Made by a program: the position numbers and the translations under genes
NCBI RefSeq assembly: GCF_000400465.1
Contig: NW_008806276.1
Span: 120,001-152,000, forward strand
Origin: Wallemia ichthyophaga EXF-994
Lineage: Eukaryota; Fungi; Basidiomycota
DNA: 32,000 nt
Direction of reading: 5' to 3'
Shown here: positions 31,170 to 32,000 of the stretch, piece after piece
Position numbering within the stretch: the stretch's first letter is position 1
How the letters are laid out: each line of letters starts with the position of its first letter
The notes under the pieces: model-generated
What the model saw: only the letters and a program-made list of their open reading frames with translations
Database searches by the model: none
Told to the model about the DNA's origin: nothing

Positions 31170-32000
31170 ATGTCCACTTCAATTTCAAACCAAGAAGCAA
31201 GCCTGTACGATAGACAGATACGTCTATGGGGTTTATCAGCACAGAACAAGATACGCAGTAGCCACGTTGTACTGGTCAATGCTCTGCGTGGATGCTCATG
31301 CGAAGTCGCAAAGAATCTAACACTCGCCGGTGTAGGCAAGTTAACGCTTATAGTGGAGCATACCGACTGGGATAATGTAAAAGTCGATGGAAGTACAGCC
31401 ATTTTTATACGCGGCGGTGAGAACAATACACAGAGCACAGAGGATACATTCAAATCAAATATCAATAACCTCAATCCACACGTGCAAGTAGAAATTAAAT
31501 CAGTGGACAGCTACAGTAACCTTGTGGACGCGTACAAAACAGCGAATATCGTCATAGCTACAGATCTACAGCCACACAATTACAACGCCATCCACTCACA
31601 GCTCAACCCACTAACACCACTCTACTTGATTGGCACTCTCGGACTGGCTGGGTACGTGATTGTGACGAATGGTTCTGTTGACGCGAGTGGGAGTGAAATG
31701 GTACACAAAACTCTCGACCAACTTACTCAATCAAAACCTGGCACCAAAACACGTAAATTGCGCGAAAAAAGAGATTTGCTGGGTAAATGGAGGGGATGGC
31801 TATTGGTAATGGCGTGGTGGAGTTGGCTAGAAAACGAGAGGAGGAGTGTAACAACAGAGAGTGAGGATGTTGACAGGTTCTACGACACCCTCCTCAATAA
31901 AGCCAAGTATGCTGATTTAATTGATGACAATCCACTGCCATTCACAAAGGCAGACGTAGCTCAGCTTATACCCTCACTCAACACCTCGATAGCTCCCGTA
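31170..32000 (+). CDS. AOS1: SUMO-activating enzyme E1 subunit Aos1/SAE1, running off the right edge of the window
   Basis: ATG at 31170 gives MSTSISNQEASLYDRQIRLWGLSAQNKIRSSHVVLV..CEVAKNLTLAGVGKLTL..NLNPHV, open to the window end. YDRQIRLWG with this short architecture fits Aos1; Ula1 is a less likely alternative. Confidence 0.8.
   Translation, partial: MSTSISNQEASLYDRQIRLWGLSAQNKIRSSHVVLVNALRGCSCEVAKNLTLAGVGKLTLIVEHTDWDNVKVDGSTAIFIRGGENNTQSTEDTFKSNINNLNPHVQVEIKSVDSYSNLVDAYKTANIVIATDLQPHNYNAIHSQLNPLTPLYLIGTLGLAGYVIVTNGSVDASGSEMVHKTLDQLTQSKPGTKTRKLREKRDLLGKWRGWLLVMAWWSWLENERRSVTTESEDVDRFYDTLLNKAKYADLIDDNPLPFTKADVAQLIPSLNTSIAPV

Noticed and set aside
1-32000. tRNA, rRNA, snoRNA, transposon or CRISPR elements
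   Set aside because: I saw no tRNA A/B-box cloverleaf, rRNA signature, terminal repeat, transposase or RT motif, or repeat-spacer array. Small ncRNAs cannot be excluded without a covariance-model search (Infernal/Rfam, tRNAscan-SE).

Overview
Gene-dense fungal DNA with short GT-AG introns (43-63 nt) and very short intergenic gaps. The style suggests a compact basidiomycete genome such as Wallemia, which is inference only. Most of the window is housekeeping genes: an RMD1/RMD8-family DUF155 protein, RPL21, STI1/Hop, a FAD-dependent amine oxidase, a DUF676-like hydrolase, POL2 (9 exons, ~2211 aa), mitochondrial EF-G2 (MEF2), DRE2, an NGL/Angel-type EEP nuclease, an EFR3-like scaffold, a LAMMER kinase and AOS1 (cut by the window end). 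Several orphan ORFs are also present. The most interesting part is the ~2.4 kb gap between RPL21 and STI1 (about 6740-9200), which the ORF track largely misses. Manual splicing there gives four elements: a C2H2 zinc-finger remnant, a two-exon gene for a 35-aa signal-peptide microprotein (MQIKLVALAAAFAAVTAVPVNSEENFFGIGRQPVY), a divergent two-exon 90-aa two-TM protein, and an intron-split small GATA-type zinc-finger gene sharing a heat-shock-element promoter region with STI1. Whether these form one system is a hypothesis. I recognised no tRNA, rRNA, CRISPR array or transposon. All gene models were built by eye, without database searches.
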